Of a stretch of DNA of 32,000 nucleotides, positions 14,693 to 23,060 are shown piece by piece. A program made the translations under genes and the position numbers. The notes under the pieces are model-generated. The model was not told where the DNA came from and made no database searches. It was given only the letters and a program-made list of their open reading frames with translations. Every line of letters begins with the position of its first letter. Position 1 is the stretch's first letter. Source of the DNA: Formosa sp. Hel1_33_131 (GTDB lineage Bacteria > Bacteroidota > Bacteroidia > Flavobacteriales > Flavobacteriaceae); contig NZ_CP017260.1 in assembly GCF_001735745.1 (NCBI RefSeq), forward strand, positions 2,700,001 through 2,732,000, written 5' to 3'.

Positions 14693-16024
14693 TTACTTCT
14701 TTTTTGAAACCTCAATTTTTGATTGCGCTGTACTTGTTTGCGCCAGATAATTTGCCAATACTTTTTCGATCAATTCCTCTTTGGTCAAATGGTGAAAAAT
14801 GGTACTTATATCTGCTCTGAATGTATCTGAAATCGTACGATTGGGTTTGGTCTTAAATATTTTTTTAGCCCACAACAATCCGTTGTTTTCTTCGATACTT
14901 TGGGCGTCTGCTTTTTTGAATTCATTAAATTTAATTCCCAATTCTTTTTCAAATTCAGGAAGGTCTTGAACTTCTTCTGCTTGTAATATGGTTAAGGACA
15001 ATCCCTTTGCGCCTGCTCTCGCTGTACGTCCACTTCTGTGTACATAGGCTTCAAAGGTGTCTGGCAAATGATAATTGACAACATAGGCGATTTCTTTCAC
15101 ATCAATACCACGAGCAGCTAAATCCGTTGCCACCAAAATATCAATAAAGCCTTCTCTAAATTGTCCCATGATCCGATCGCGAATGCCTTGAGACAAACTC
15201 CCATGAAGCGCACCAGATGAGAATTTATTAATGGCTAAATTTTTAGCTAATTTATTAACCGCTGCTTTTGTTTTACAAAATATAATGCTACGTTGTCCTT
15301 CTTTGCTACTTAAAAAATGCATCAAAACATTCAGTTTTTCAATAGGTTCCACCACCACATATTGATGATCGATGCCTTGATGACCAACCGTTTTCATGTC
15401 GGCTTCTATTTGCATCACATGTTTCGACATGTAATTTTGAACCAATTGTTTAATCGCACCTGAAAGTGTAGCGGTAAACAACAGCGTTCTGCGTGTTTTT
15501 GGAATTTCTTTAATAATAAGATCCAAATCTTGTTTTAAAGCACTCACCATTTCATCGGCTTCGTCCAATACTAAATACGATAACTGTTTAAGATTAATCG
15601 CGCCACGCTTCACTAAATCCACCAAACGTCCTGGGGTTGCCACCACAATATGGGTTGGCGATTTTAAACGTTCTATTTGAGGTCTTATAGGAATTCCACC
15701 ACAGACAGCTGCCACAGATATTTCTGGACTATGCACCGCATACGCAGTTAAGTTCGTATGAATTTGTTGTCCTAACTCACGGGTGGGTGCTAATATGACC
15801 ACTTGTACATGAGCGTTTTCTAGGTTGATTAACTGCAACAAAGGAATTCCAAAGGCCGCAGTTTTTCCTGTACCCGTTTTGGCAACAGCGACGATGTCTT
15901 CCGTTTGATTTAGAACCACCGGAATGGTTTTTACTTGAATGTCTGTAGGAACAGAAATTTGTAAATCGGCTAAGCCTTGTTGCAAGAGTATATTAATTCC
16001 TAAATCAGAAAACGGTTTTGACAT
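14693..16024 (-). CDS. DEAD-box ATP-dependent RNA helicase (RhlE/DeaD-like) with a C-terminal extension
   Basis: Q motif PTDIQ, AKTGTGKT, PTRELG, TPGR, DEADEM, TAT, ARGIDV, HRSGRTARAG. Confidence 0.88.
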   Translation of the reverse strand: MSKPFSDLGINILLQQGLADLQISVPTDIQVKTIPVVLNQTEDIVAVAKTGTGKTAAFGIPLLQLINLENAHVQVVILAPTRELGQQIHTNLTAYAVHSPEISVAAVCGGIPIRPQIERLKSPTHIVVATPGRLVDLVKRGAINLKQLSYLVLDEADEMVSALKQDLDLIIKEIPKTRRTLLFTATLSGAIKQLVQNYMSKHVMQIEADMKTVGHQGIDHQYVVVEPIEKLNVLMHFLSSKEGQRSIIFCKTKAAVNKLAKNLAINKFSSGALHGSLSQGIRDRIMGQFREGFIDILVATDLAARGIDVKEIAYVVNYHLPDTFEAYVHRSGRTARAGAKGLSLTILQAEEVQDLPEFEKELGIKFNEFKKADAQSIEENNGLLWAKKIFKTKPNRTISDTFRADISTIFHHLTKEELIEKVLANYLAQTSTAQSKIEVSKKK

Positions 16025-16039
16025 AACATAGTTTTATGC

Positions 16040-16047
16040 AAAGATAA
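16040..16047 (-). promoter_or_regulatory. Bacteroidota -7 promoter box (TATCTTTG on the minus strand)
   Basis: Exact TAnnTTTG match 15 nt upstream of the ATG at 16024. Confidence 0.45.
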
Positions 16048-16142
16048 CTATACAAAATCCGAGAATCGTGTAAAATGGATTGCGAATTCAATTTAAAAAA
16101 GATAAAAAGAATAGATTAAGAAAGCCCCACCAAAATAGACGC

Positions 16143-16592
16143 TTAAGCTTCTTGAACGGTGCGCTTAGATTTTCTGTAGATGTAATTCGGGTAAATGCTT
16201 CGTTTTGCAAAACGATTCAATTTGTTAGAATTAATCATCTTTATGTAGATTGGTTTTGTTACCCCAAAGTATTCGTAAGTAGTCCCATCTAAAAAGGTGA
16301 TTTCTAAGAGCATTCCTTTGTGAATATAATCTGCAATTCCAGAGTTGTTAATCGTCTCCGTATAAACATCTAAATTCGCTGCGATTGTTTCGGGAGCGAT
16401 GCTCACTAAAAAATGATAGCCATCAATGATTTCACGACTTTTTAATTCAGCCTCTTCCGCTTTAGAATCGTTTTCTTGAAACTTATCTGGATGCCATTCT
16501 TTTACTAGATTACGGTAACTCTTTTTGAGTGTCTTAAGGTCAATTTCCTTTTCAACACTAAATAGTTTCTTATATTGACTGATACGCTTCAT
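16143..16592 (-). CDS. J-domain protein fused to a KTSC domain
   Basis: J-domain: KKSYRNLVKEWHPDKF with the HPD tripeptide. C-terminus: LLEITFLDGTTYEYFGVTKPIYIKM, KTSC-like. Confidence 0.7.
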   Translation of the reverse strand: MKRISQYKKLFSVEKEIDLKTLKKSYRNLVKEWHPDKFQENDSKAEEAELKSREIIDGYHFLVSIAPETIAANLDVYTETINNSGIADYIHKGMLLEITFLDGTTYEYFGVTKPIYIKMINSNKLNRFAKRSIYPNYIYRKSKRTVQEA

Positions 16593-16716
16593 AAACTCAT
16601 TTTTTAGCAGCTGCGAAACTACATCTTTATTATGAACAAGGGACTGTAATTAGGCTGTTTTTATTTCTAAATAAGTTAAACAAAAATTTCAATCCTATCT
16701 TATTACGATTGGGCAC

Positions 16717-16750
16717 AAAAAAAGCCCAACATTTAATGTTGAGCTTTTTA
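16717..16750 (-). terminator. Rho-independent terminator downstream of the cold-shock gene
   Basis: The minus strand reads GCTCAACATT-taa-AATGTTGGGC followed by T7. The 10-bp stem has one mismatch. Confidence 0.7.
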
Positions 16751-16770
16751 TTAAACTTGAAGTATATTTA

Positions 16771-16962
16771 TTAGATAACTTTTACGTTTACTGCATTTAA
16801 TCCTTTGTTTCCTTCTTGAAGATCAAATTCAACTGAATCGCCTTCGCGAATCTCGTCAACTAATCCTGAAATGTGTACAAAATGATCTTTTTCAACTCCT
16901 TCTTCAGTGATAAATCCAAATCCTTTAGATTCATTGAAAAACTTTACTGTTCCTTTACTCAT
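16771..16962 (-). CDS. Cold-shock protein (CspA family, CSD)
   Basis: [18 protein letters not shown]...HFVHISGL carries the RNP1/RNP2 motifs. The start is trimmed to the ATG at 16962 because the longer ORF (TTG at 17004) contains the -7 promoter box. Confidence 0.92.
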   Translation of the reverse strand: MSKGTVKFFNESKGFGFITEEGVEKDHFVHISGLVDEIREGDSVEFDLQEGNKGLNAVNVKVI

Positions 16963-16993
16963 AATAGTGTAATTAAAATTTATAATATTTTTG

Positions 16994-17001
16994 CAAACGT
17001 A
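16994..17001 (-). promoter_or_regulatory. Bacteroidota -7 promoter box (TACGTTTG on the minus strand)
   Basis: Exact TAnnTTTG match 31 nt upstream of the csp ATG. It is part of a 17-nt motif shared with the helicase promoter at 19165-19181. Confidence 0.55.
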
Positions 17002-17062
17002 CAACCTTTTAATTAAAATACCACTATTTAAATTACTTATTTTCAGTTTATTAAAAATATGA

Positions 17063-17596
17063 TTATTTTAATGTAATGCTTTCAATTGCTAAATAAAAGT
17101 GTTCATTGGTTTTGTTCCCTATTAAAAACGCAATTTGTTCAATTTTGTCCGCATCAAAATTGGGAAGATCCAATTGCCTACCTCTAAATCTTGGAGAAAA
17201 ATCTTTGAGTGGAATGCAGATTTCTTGTTCTAATCCTGTGGTTGTAAACGTATATATATACGAATGGCGTTGGTTATCTGAATCTTTTAATCTGAATTGG
17301 TAGGATTTACCATCGCCTTTTAATTTTAAAACAACCGTTTCAAAACCACTCGTTTTAATTCCATCAAAATCATAGCGAAGTGAAGAGAATCCCCCGTTGT
17401 TTTCAGTCGATACATAACCTTCAAACACTCCGAAACCCTCTGAATTGATCGTGAAATCTCCTTGAGACCTCCCTCCCATCACACGGTCATCTACAATTTG
17501 CCATCCTTTGGTAGAACTACCCGATTCAAATTCAAAAATAACATTTGGTGATTGGAACATATTCATAACGGTAAATATAATCAATGTATAAAACAT
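17063..17596 (-). CDS. CIA30 family protein (complex I intermediate-associated protein 30-like)
   Basis: [15 protein letters not shown]...[17 protein letters not shown] is the CIA30 signature. The N-terminus is hydrophobic. Confidence 0.75.
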   Translation of the reverse strand: MFYTLIIFTVMNMFQSPNVIFEFESGSSTKGWQIVDDRVMGGRSQGDFTINSEGFGVFEGYVSTENNGGFSSLRYDFDGIKTSGFETVVLKLKGDGKSYQFRLKDSDNQRHSYIYTFTTTGLEQEICIPLKDFSPRFRGRQLDLPNFDADKIEQIAFLIGNKTNEHFYLAIESITLK

Positions 17597-17607
17597 AGTT
17601 TTAAAAT

Positions 17608-19149
17608 CTAAACTTTTGGAAGTGCTTCTAGAATTTCATCAAAATTCTCTCTTAAATAGGCTCTTAATTTCTTTTTGTAATCTTCTTTAAGCCACGTCAA
17701 AAAGTTATGTGTACTCTTACTTATACATTTTGAATAGCGATGGATTCTGAAATCAATATCATCTGTGAGAAGTTTAACAAGGGCCAATGCATCGTAAACA
17801 TCTTCACTGTTTTCTATACATATAAGCGCATGTTGCTCAATAGAACGTTTCAAAACTACCTTTGAGGACTCGCCACTTCTAATGGATTGAATATAGGTTT
17901 TATTGACGTCGAAATACACATCTTCAGAATTAGAGAATGAGGCTCTAATGTCTTCAGGCATTTCATAAATAAAATTACTTTCGAGCTCTTCATCACTTAA
18001 GACACCATCTAAATAATAATTTGGATACTTAAAAATGCGTTGCCAATCTAGGTTTGTACTTCCCCAAGGGCCAAAACGGTGAAAGTTATTCCCTAAATCA
18101 ATCACGTCAAAAGAGTTTTTATTCTTTAAAATACGAGACCCTCTACCAATCATTTGGTAGTATAGTGTCAACGATTTAGTCGCACGATTTAAGATAATAG
18201 ACTCTACAGTTGGCTCATCAAAACCAGTGGTCAATATACTCACTGAGGTTAGAATGGCATTGGGCGTCTCCTTAAACCATTTAAGGATTTGAGTACGTTC
18301 TTTTTTAGAGGCCGTATTATCTAAATGTGCTACAGGATAACCGGCGTTTCTAAACAAGTCATAAACAAATAAGGAGGTATTGATACCGTTATTAAATATC
18401 AATGTTTTCTTTCCTTCGCAACGTTCGTTATAGGCTTCCATTAACTTGGAAAGCATCTCATTATTGGTATATAAATCTTCCGAAGATTTCACTGTATAAT
18501 CTCCGTTGGCACCAACCACTAAAGAGGTCAATCCAACATTATAGGAATACATTTTAGCCTGAGCTAAAAATTCATTTTCAATCAGGGATTCAATACTCTC
18601 CCCAACAATTAATTCATTATAATTATCGGCCATTGGAAGTTCAATATTTGAACTTAAGGGCGTCGCAGTCACTCCTAAAACGAATGATTTTTCAAAGAAT
18701 TTGAAAAGTTTCGTGAATGAATTGTAATGAGCTTCATCAATAATAATCAGCCCGATATCTGAAATGTCTAATTTATCGTCTTTTAATCGATTGTTGAGGG
18801 TTTCAACCATCGCAACAAAACAATCAAATTTAGATTGGTCTTCTAAATTAGCTTTGCTATCAATCACTTTATTTTGAACTCCAAATTCTGTCAATACAGA
18901 AGATGTTTGTTTGCAGAGCTCAATTCTGTGGGTCATTACCAACACTTTTTTCTTGTGTGTTTTTAGGTATTGACTTACAATTTCAGAAAAGATAACGGTT
19001 TTACCACCACCTGTTGGCAACTGGTACAAAAGGTGATAATCATCTGCTGCTGTTTCAAAACATTGAAAGATTTTTTGTATGGCTCCCTTCTGGTAGCTAT
19101 AGAGTTCTTTGCCCGTTTTACGTTCTTCTTGTTCTGAAATGGAAAGCAT
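17608..19149 (-). CDS. SF2 DEAH-type helicase (SSL2 / type III restriction Res-subunit-like) with an uncharacterised ~150-aa C-terminal domain
   Basis: Motif I LPTGGGKT, II IIDEAH, III TATP, VI QMIGRGSR. The start is trimmed to the ATG at 19149 because codons 2-4 of the longer ORF form a -7 promoter box. Confidence 0.8.
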   Translation of the reverse strand: MLSISEQEERKTGKELYSYQKGAIQKIFQCFETAADDYHLLYQLPTGGGKTVIFSEIVSQYLKTHKKKVLVMTHRIELCKQTSSVLTEFGVQNKVIDSKANLEDQSKFDCFVAMVETLNNRLKDDKLDISDIGLIIIDEAHYNSFTKLFKFFEKSFVLGVTATPLSSNIELPMADNYNELIVGESIESLIENEFLAQAKMYSYNVGLTSLVVGANGDYTVKSSEDLYTNNEMLSKLMEAYNERCEGKKTLIFNNGINTSLFVYDLFRNAGYPVAHLDNTASKKERTQILKWFKETPNAILTSVSILTTGFDEPTVESIILNRATKSLTLYYQMIGRGSRILKNKNSFDVIDLGNNFHRFGPWGSTNLDWQRIFKYPNYYLDGVLSDEELESNFIYEMPEDIRASFSNSEDVYFDVNKTYIQSIRSGESSKVVLKRSIEQHALICIENSEDVYDALALVKLLTDDIDFRIHRYSKCISKSTHNFLTWLKEDYKKKLRAYLRENFDEILEALPKV

Positions 19150-19171
19150 AGTTCGTTTTGGTTGATTTTTG

Positions 19172-19179
19172 CAAAAGTA
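19172..19179 (-). promoter_or_regulatory. Bacteroidota -7 promoter box (TACTTTTG on the minus strand)
   Basis: Exact TAnnTTTG match 22 nt upstream of the ATG at 19149. Confidence 0.5.
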
Positions 19180-19341
19180 CATTCTTTATTGAGTATATAA
19201 AGAATTATTCTAACATATTTTTTTGTAATTGATTAAAATAAATATTAGTCTTATTTTTTATTTCTGAAAATTAAATCTATATGATTATTTTTTAATTGAT
19301 TTAAAAATTATTACTTTTAAAAAATTTTAACCTCAAATATT

Positions 19342-19773
19342 ATGAACGAAACATCAAATCGGCCTTCAATTAATTTTTGGATTTTCAGTAGTCTAGCCCT
19401 TGTTTGGAACTCCATGGGAGTTTTGGCCTACATAAGCCAAACTTTTATGAGCCAAAAAGTTCTTTTAACCTTATCTAAAGCTGAACAGCATTACTTCATT
19501 AACATGCCAGCATGGGCAACAGCAACATTTGCTACCGCTGTTTTTGCAGGTGTATTTGGATCCATTGCTTTGCTATTTAAAAAAAGAATCGCAAATCTTT
19601 TGTTCTCAATTTCAATGATTTCGCTGCTTATACATCAGTTCTACAATTTCTTTATTCAAAACTATATGGCTATTAGTGGTATGGAATTAATACTGCCAAT
19701 ATCCACCACTGTTATTGGGTTTTTCTTGCTTTGGTACTCCTCTAAAATGAGTAAACAGGGTGTGTTAAATTAG
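19342..19773 (+). CDS. Small integral membrane protein (about 4 TM helices), function unknown
   Basis: Four hydrophobic stretches: FWIFSSLALVWNSMGVLAYI, WATATFATAVFAGVFGSIALLF, LLFSISMISLLI and LILPISTTVIGFFLLWY. Confidence 0.6.
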   Translation: MNETSNRPSINFWIFSSLALVWNSMGVLAYISQTFMSQKVLLTLSKAEQHYFINMPAWATATFATAVFAGVFGSIALLFKKRIANLLFSISMISLLIHQFYNFFIQNYMAISGMELILPISTTVIGFFLLWYSSKMSKQGVLN

Positions 19774-20939
19774 TCGTTTTTCGCCTCGAGTTTGTGTGTT
19801 TTCTTGGTGCCCGCATACATTTCATATTTCGAAAATCTAGCTTCTAACTTCGCATTAAATAACTTGATTTTTCTAGAAGGTCTCAATCCTACGTGTTTAA
19901 GAGCTTCTAAGTTTGACGAAATCATCCATGCATTGGTGCCTGGGTATTTATGTTTAAGGGTAGAACCAATGGAACTGTAAAAGGTTTCCATTTCAATATC
20001 CAATCGTTCTCCGTAGGGTGGGTTAAACACCATGTGTAAATGCTCCTCGCCTCCTTTTTGAGTTTTGAAAAAATCTTCGTGTTTTATGTAGATAAAGTCT
20101 TCCAACTTTGCATTCTCAACATTCTGTGTGGCTTTTTCTACCGCACTAGGCGATTTATCAAAGCCCATAATCTTATGATGAAAATCACGTGTTTTAGAAA
20201 GTAAGGATTCTTCAATCTTTTCAAATAAATCGACGTCCCAATCTCCCCAACGTTCAAAACCAAATTCGTTACGCATTAAATTTGGAGGAATGTTACAAGC
20301 AATCATAGCAGCCTCTATCAAAACAGTCCCAGAACCACACATTGGATCCATAAAATCACTTTGACCATCCCATCCAGATAACATTATTAAACCAGCAGCC
20401 AACACTTCGTTGATAGGTGCTATGTTCGTTGCAATTTTATATCCGCGTTTGTGTAAAGATTCTCCCGAACTATCCAAAGAAACAGTACAAAAATGACGGT
20501 CGATATGAATGTCAATTTTTAAATCTGGAAATCTTAAATCTACGTTTGGACGCTCTCCAGTTTGATCTCTAAAACGATCCACAATCGCATCTTTTGTTTT
20601 AAGTGACACATATTGTGAATGCGTAAACGTATCGCCATTAAGGGTAGCGCCTACCGCCAAACTTCCATCCGACTTTAAATAATTCTCCCAAGGAATGGCA
20701 TTAACTTTATTATATAGGTCATTTTCATTTATAACTTTAAATTTTGCAATAGGTTTTAGGATTTTAATGGCCGTACGTAAACCAAGGTTTGCTTTATACA
20801 TAAAGCCCTTATCTCCAACAAAACTCACGTGTCGGACGCCTATAGTGACCGCTTGCGCACCCAGTTGTTTCAATTCCTTAGCTAAAAGTTCCTCAAAACC
20901 AAACAAGGTTTTAGCAACCATCTTAAAATTATTCTCCAT
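19770..20939 (-). CDS. THUMP-domain class I SAM-dependent RNA methyltransferase (RlmL/COG0116-like)
   Basis: N-terminal THUMP-type region, SAM motif DPMCGSGTVLIEAAM, catalytic NPPYGERL. The start is set at ATG 20939; the ORF-track start at 20942 is a TTG. Confidence 0.8.
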   Translation of the reverse strand: MENNFKMVAKTLFGFEELLAKELKQLGAQAVTIGVRHVSFVGDKGFMYKANLGLRTAIKILKPIAKFKVINENDLYNKVNAIPWENYLKSDGSLAVGATLNGDTFTHSQYVSLKTKDAIVDRFRDQTGERPNVDLRFPDLKIDIHIDRHFCTVSLDSSGESLHKRGYKIATNIAPINEVLAAGLIMLSGWDGQSDFMDPMCGSGTVLIEAAMIACNIPPNLMRNEFGFERWGDWDVDLFEKIEESLLSKTRDFHHKIMGFDKSPSAVEKATQNVENAKLEDFIYIKHEDFFKTQKGGEEHLHMVFNPPYGERLDIEMETFYSSIGSTLKHKYPGTNAWMISSNLEALKHVGLRPSRKIKLFNAKLEARFSKYEMYAGTKKTHKLEAKND

Positions 20940-20958
20940 CAAAATTATTTAGTACGCG

Positions 20959-20977
20959 CAAAAATACAGTATTTTTG
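20959..20977. promoter_or_regulatory. Palindromic back-to-back pair of -7 boxes (divergent promoters)
   Basis: CAAAAATAC-a-GTATTTTTG. TATTTTTG on the plus strand (20970-20977) lies 20 nt before ATG 20998. TATTTTTG on the minus strand (20966-20959) lies 19 nt before ATG 20939. Confidence 0.5.
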
Positions 20978-20997
20978 TTCGAGTTAGAAGTAAATAA

Positions 20998-21738
20998 ATG
21001 ACAAAAGAACATTCAAAGTGGTTTCAGTCTTGGTTTGATACCACCTATTATCATATCCTTTATAAACACAGAGATTATAAAGAGGCTGAAGTTTTTATTA
21101 AAAATATAGCAACGTATTTGAATCTCGATAAGGACGATTCTATACTGGACTTGGCATGCGGTAAAGGCAGGCATTCCATTTTCCTAAATGCCTTAGGTTA
21201 TAAGGTTACGGGGTTGGATTTATCTAAAAATAGTATCGAACATGCAAAAACACATGAATCAAGTTCTTTGCATTTTGACGTCCATGATATGAGAAATTCA
21301 TATCCGAACCAATTTGAAGTGGTTTTAAATCTATTCACAAGTTTCGGGTATTTTGAGGAGGAAGCGGATAATTTTAAAGTGATTCAAACCATCAAATCGA
21401 GTCTAAAACAAAACGGAATTGGCGTTATCGACTTTATGAACAGCCCTGTTGTCATTGAAAATTTGATTGCTCAAAACACTTACGAAGCTGAAGGAGTGAA
21501 ATTCAAACTCAAACGTAGTTATACAGATGGATTTATCACAAAAGACATCGAAGTGAAAGATGCTGATAAAACACATCATTTTGAAGAGAAAGTACGTGCG
21601 TTTGCCTTTCAAGATTTTGAAACAATGCTCTCAAATGCGGGACTGCATTTGTTAGACTGTTTTGGAAGTTATAAATTAGCCCCCTTTAACAGTAAAACAT
21701 CCGAACGTTTAATCTTAATTTTCATGGCGAATGATTAG
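20998..21738 (+). CDS. Class I SAM-dependent methyltransferase
   Basis: Motif I ILDLACGKGRHS, with an acidic post-I residue in GLDLS. Confidence 0.75.
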   Translation: MTKEHSKWFQSWFDTTYYHILYKHRDYKEAEVFIKNIATYLNLDKDDSILDLACGKGRHSIFLNALGYKVTGLDLSKNSIEHAKTHESSSLHFDVHDMRNSYPNQFEVVLNLFTSFGYFEEEADNFKVIQTIKSSLKQNGIGVIDFMNSPVVIENLIAQNTYEAEGVKFKLKRSYTDGFITKDIEVKDADKTHHFEEKVRAFAFQDFETMLSNAGLHLLDCFGSYKLAPFNSKTSERLILIFMAND

Positions 21739-22405
21739 TTTTTTAGCACCCATATTATCAGTTGTATTTGGGGTAGCCATTGTACTCTTATATAGCAAAT
21801 CAAAACCCTTAAATCTAAAACTATTTTTAGCATTTAGTGGTGCTTTTTTATTGTCAACCACAATTTTTGAACTCCTTCCAGAGGTGTACCAAAATGTAGA
21901 CACCAAACAAATAGGCGTATTTATTATGGGAGGTATTCTGTTACAGATTCTTTTAGAATTTTATTCTAAAGGCGCTGAACATGGGCACTTACATCACCAC
22001 GATTCCAATAAGAGGTTTCCATGGTTTTTATTTATAAGTCTAGGAATTCATGCCTTTTTTGAGGGGTTTCCTTTAAAAGACCACCATAACATTATCATTG
22101 GCGTTGTTATTCATAAAATCCCCATTGCGATTTTAATAACCACCTATCTGCTAAAATCAAAACTTCCCAAGTCGCAAGTGGTACTCTTCTTAATTATATT
22201 TACCCTCATGACGCCTTTAGGCTCTATTGCAGCCGAATTATTTAGCATTTCACCAACCCTGATTTACAGTATAAATGCCATCGTCATTGGGATGTTTCTT
22301 CATATCTCTACCATCATTTTGTTTGAAAGTAGCGAAGGACATCATTTTAATTTGAATAAAATTTTAATGATTATTAGTGCCGTTGTTTTAGCTTATTTTA
22401 TATAA
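21731..22405 (+). CDS. ZIP family metal (zinc) transporter
   Basis: Multi-TM protein with a His-rich loop (EHGHLHHHD) and the HxxxxG/E motifs HAFFEGF and HKIP. It overlaps the upstream gene by 8 nt. Confidence 0.75.
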   Translation: MISFLAPILSVVFGVAIVLLYSKSKPLNLKLFLAFSGAFLLSTTIFELLPEVYQNVDTKQIGVFIMGGILLQILLEFYSKGAEHGHLHHHDSNKRFPWFLFISLGIHAFFEGFPLKDHHNIIIGVVIHKIPIAILITTYLLKSKLPKSQVVLFLIIFTLMTPLGSIAAELFSISPTLIYSINAIVIGMFLHISTIILFESSEGHHFNLNKILMIISAVVLAYFI

Positions 22406-22410
22406 AAATC

Positions 22411-22839
22411 ATGTTTAGTAAAAATGAAGCCAAACTTCTAAGACAAGAATTCTGGACCAGTTTTGGAAAGTCCTTTCCTACAGAGTGGATTCTGTATAAT
22501 ACCAATGTTAAAGGTCTTAGTTTTAAATTTCATTTTGATACCAAAACTGCCTTTGTCGCATTTTGTATCGATATGGAACCTAGTAAACAACAAGCTTATT
22601 GGAACCAAATGCTTTCTCATAAATCAATCCTAGAAACCGATTTTTTACCACAAGTTAAATTTGAAGAGTATTTTGAAGTATCTGATGAAAAAATTCTTTC
22701 AGCAGTCTTTGTTTCTATAGAATCTAAGGTTTCAATTTACAATAAATCAACTTGGAGATCTGCAATGGAATTCCTGAATGAAACGATGCTGAAGTTTGAA
22801 GCGTTTTATGCCGTATATGAAAATACGATTAAGATTTGA
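22411..22839 (+). CDS. DUF4268-like protein
   Basis: The N-terminal EAKLLRQEFWTSFGK pattern and ~140-aa size resemble Bacteroidota DUF4268 proteins. Confidence 0.5.
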   Translation: MFSKNEAKLLRQEFWTSFGKSFPTEWILYNTNVKGLSFKFHFDTKTAFVAFCIDMEPSKQQAYWNQMLSHKSILETDFLPQVKFEEYFEVSDEKILSAVFVSIESKVSIYNKSTWRSAMEFLNETMLKFEAFYAVYENTIKI

Positions 22840-22969
22840 GTCTTAACCGTATTTAAGTAGGTTTTAAAAATAAAGGGCAAAAAAGATTAATTAAATCTCA
22901 TATAATAAAATCTTGAAATTTATTTCTGGTTCAAAATAACTGCATTTTATTCAAATCACAAAGCGTCAA

Positions 22970-23022
22970 GTAACAAGCGGTCATTCTACGTAACAAACGG
23001 TAGATATTCTGTAATAAGCGGT
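22970..23022. repeat. Three 12-bp direct repeats GTAAYAARCGGT phased at 20-21 bp
   Basis: GTAACAAGCGGT (22970-22981), GTAACAAACGGT (22990-23001) and GTAATAAGCGGT (23011-23022). They are bracketed by TCACAAAG (22956-22963) and an imperfect inverted copy CTTGTGA (23032-23038). Confidence 0.8.
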
Positions 23023-23060
23023 TTTGAACAACTTGTGAAAATGAACCTATTTAAACAATA

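Noticed and set aside
16080-16292. 70-aa plus-strand ORF overlapping the J-domain gene 3' end
   Set aside because: Antisense to the J-domain/KTSC gene and running through the helicase promoter region. It has basic low-complexity composition and is not supported.
16963-17004. 14-codon N-terminal extension of the cold-shock ORF (TTG start, [14 protein letters not shown])
   Set aside because: The extension contains the TAnnTTTG -7 box. CspA-family proteins start at MSKGTVKFF, so the ATG at 16962 is the real start.
17106-17303. 65-aa plus-strand ORF
   Set aside because: Antisense to the CIA30 gene; shadow ORF.
19150-19182. 11-codon N-terminal extension of the DEAH helicase ORF (MYFCKNQPKRT)
   Set aside because: Codons 2-4 form a perfect -7 box (TACTTTTG), nearly identical to the csp promoter. 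The downstream ATG at 19149 is favoured.
19226-19306. Two copies of TAATTGATT(A/T)AAA (19226-19238 and 19293-19306) in the divergent intergenic region
   Set aside because: The region is almost pure A/T, so a ~10-nt match is expected fairly often by chance. There is no supporting symmetry or phasing.
19792-20952. Plus-strand ORFs 19792-19980 and 20695-20952
   Set aside because: Antisense to the THUMP methyltransferase gene, which has clear SAM and NPPY motifs.
21403-21906. Minus-strand ORFs 21403-21612 and 21715-21906
   Set aside because: Antisense to the SAM methyltransferase and ZIP transporter genes, with no supporting motifs.
22438-22620. 60-aa minus-strand ORF
   Set aside because: Antisense to the DUF4268-like gene; minimal length, no features.
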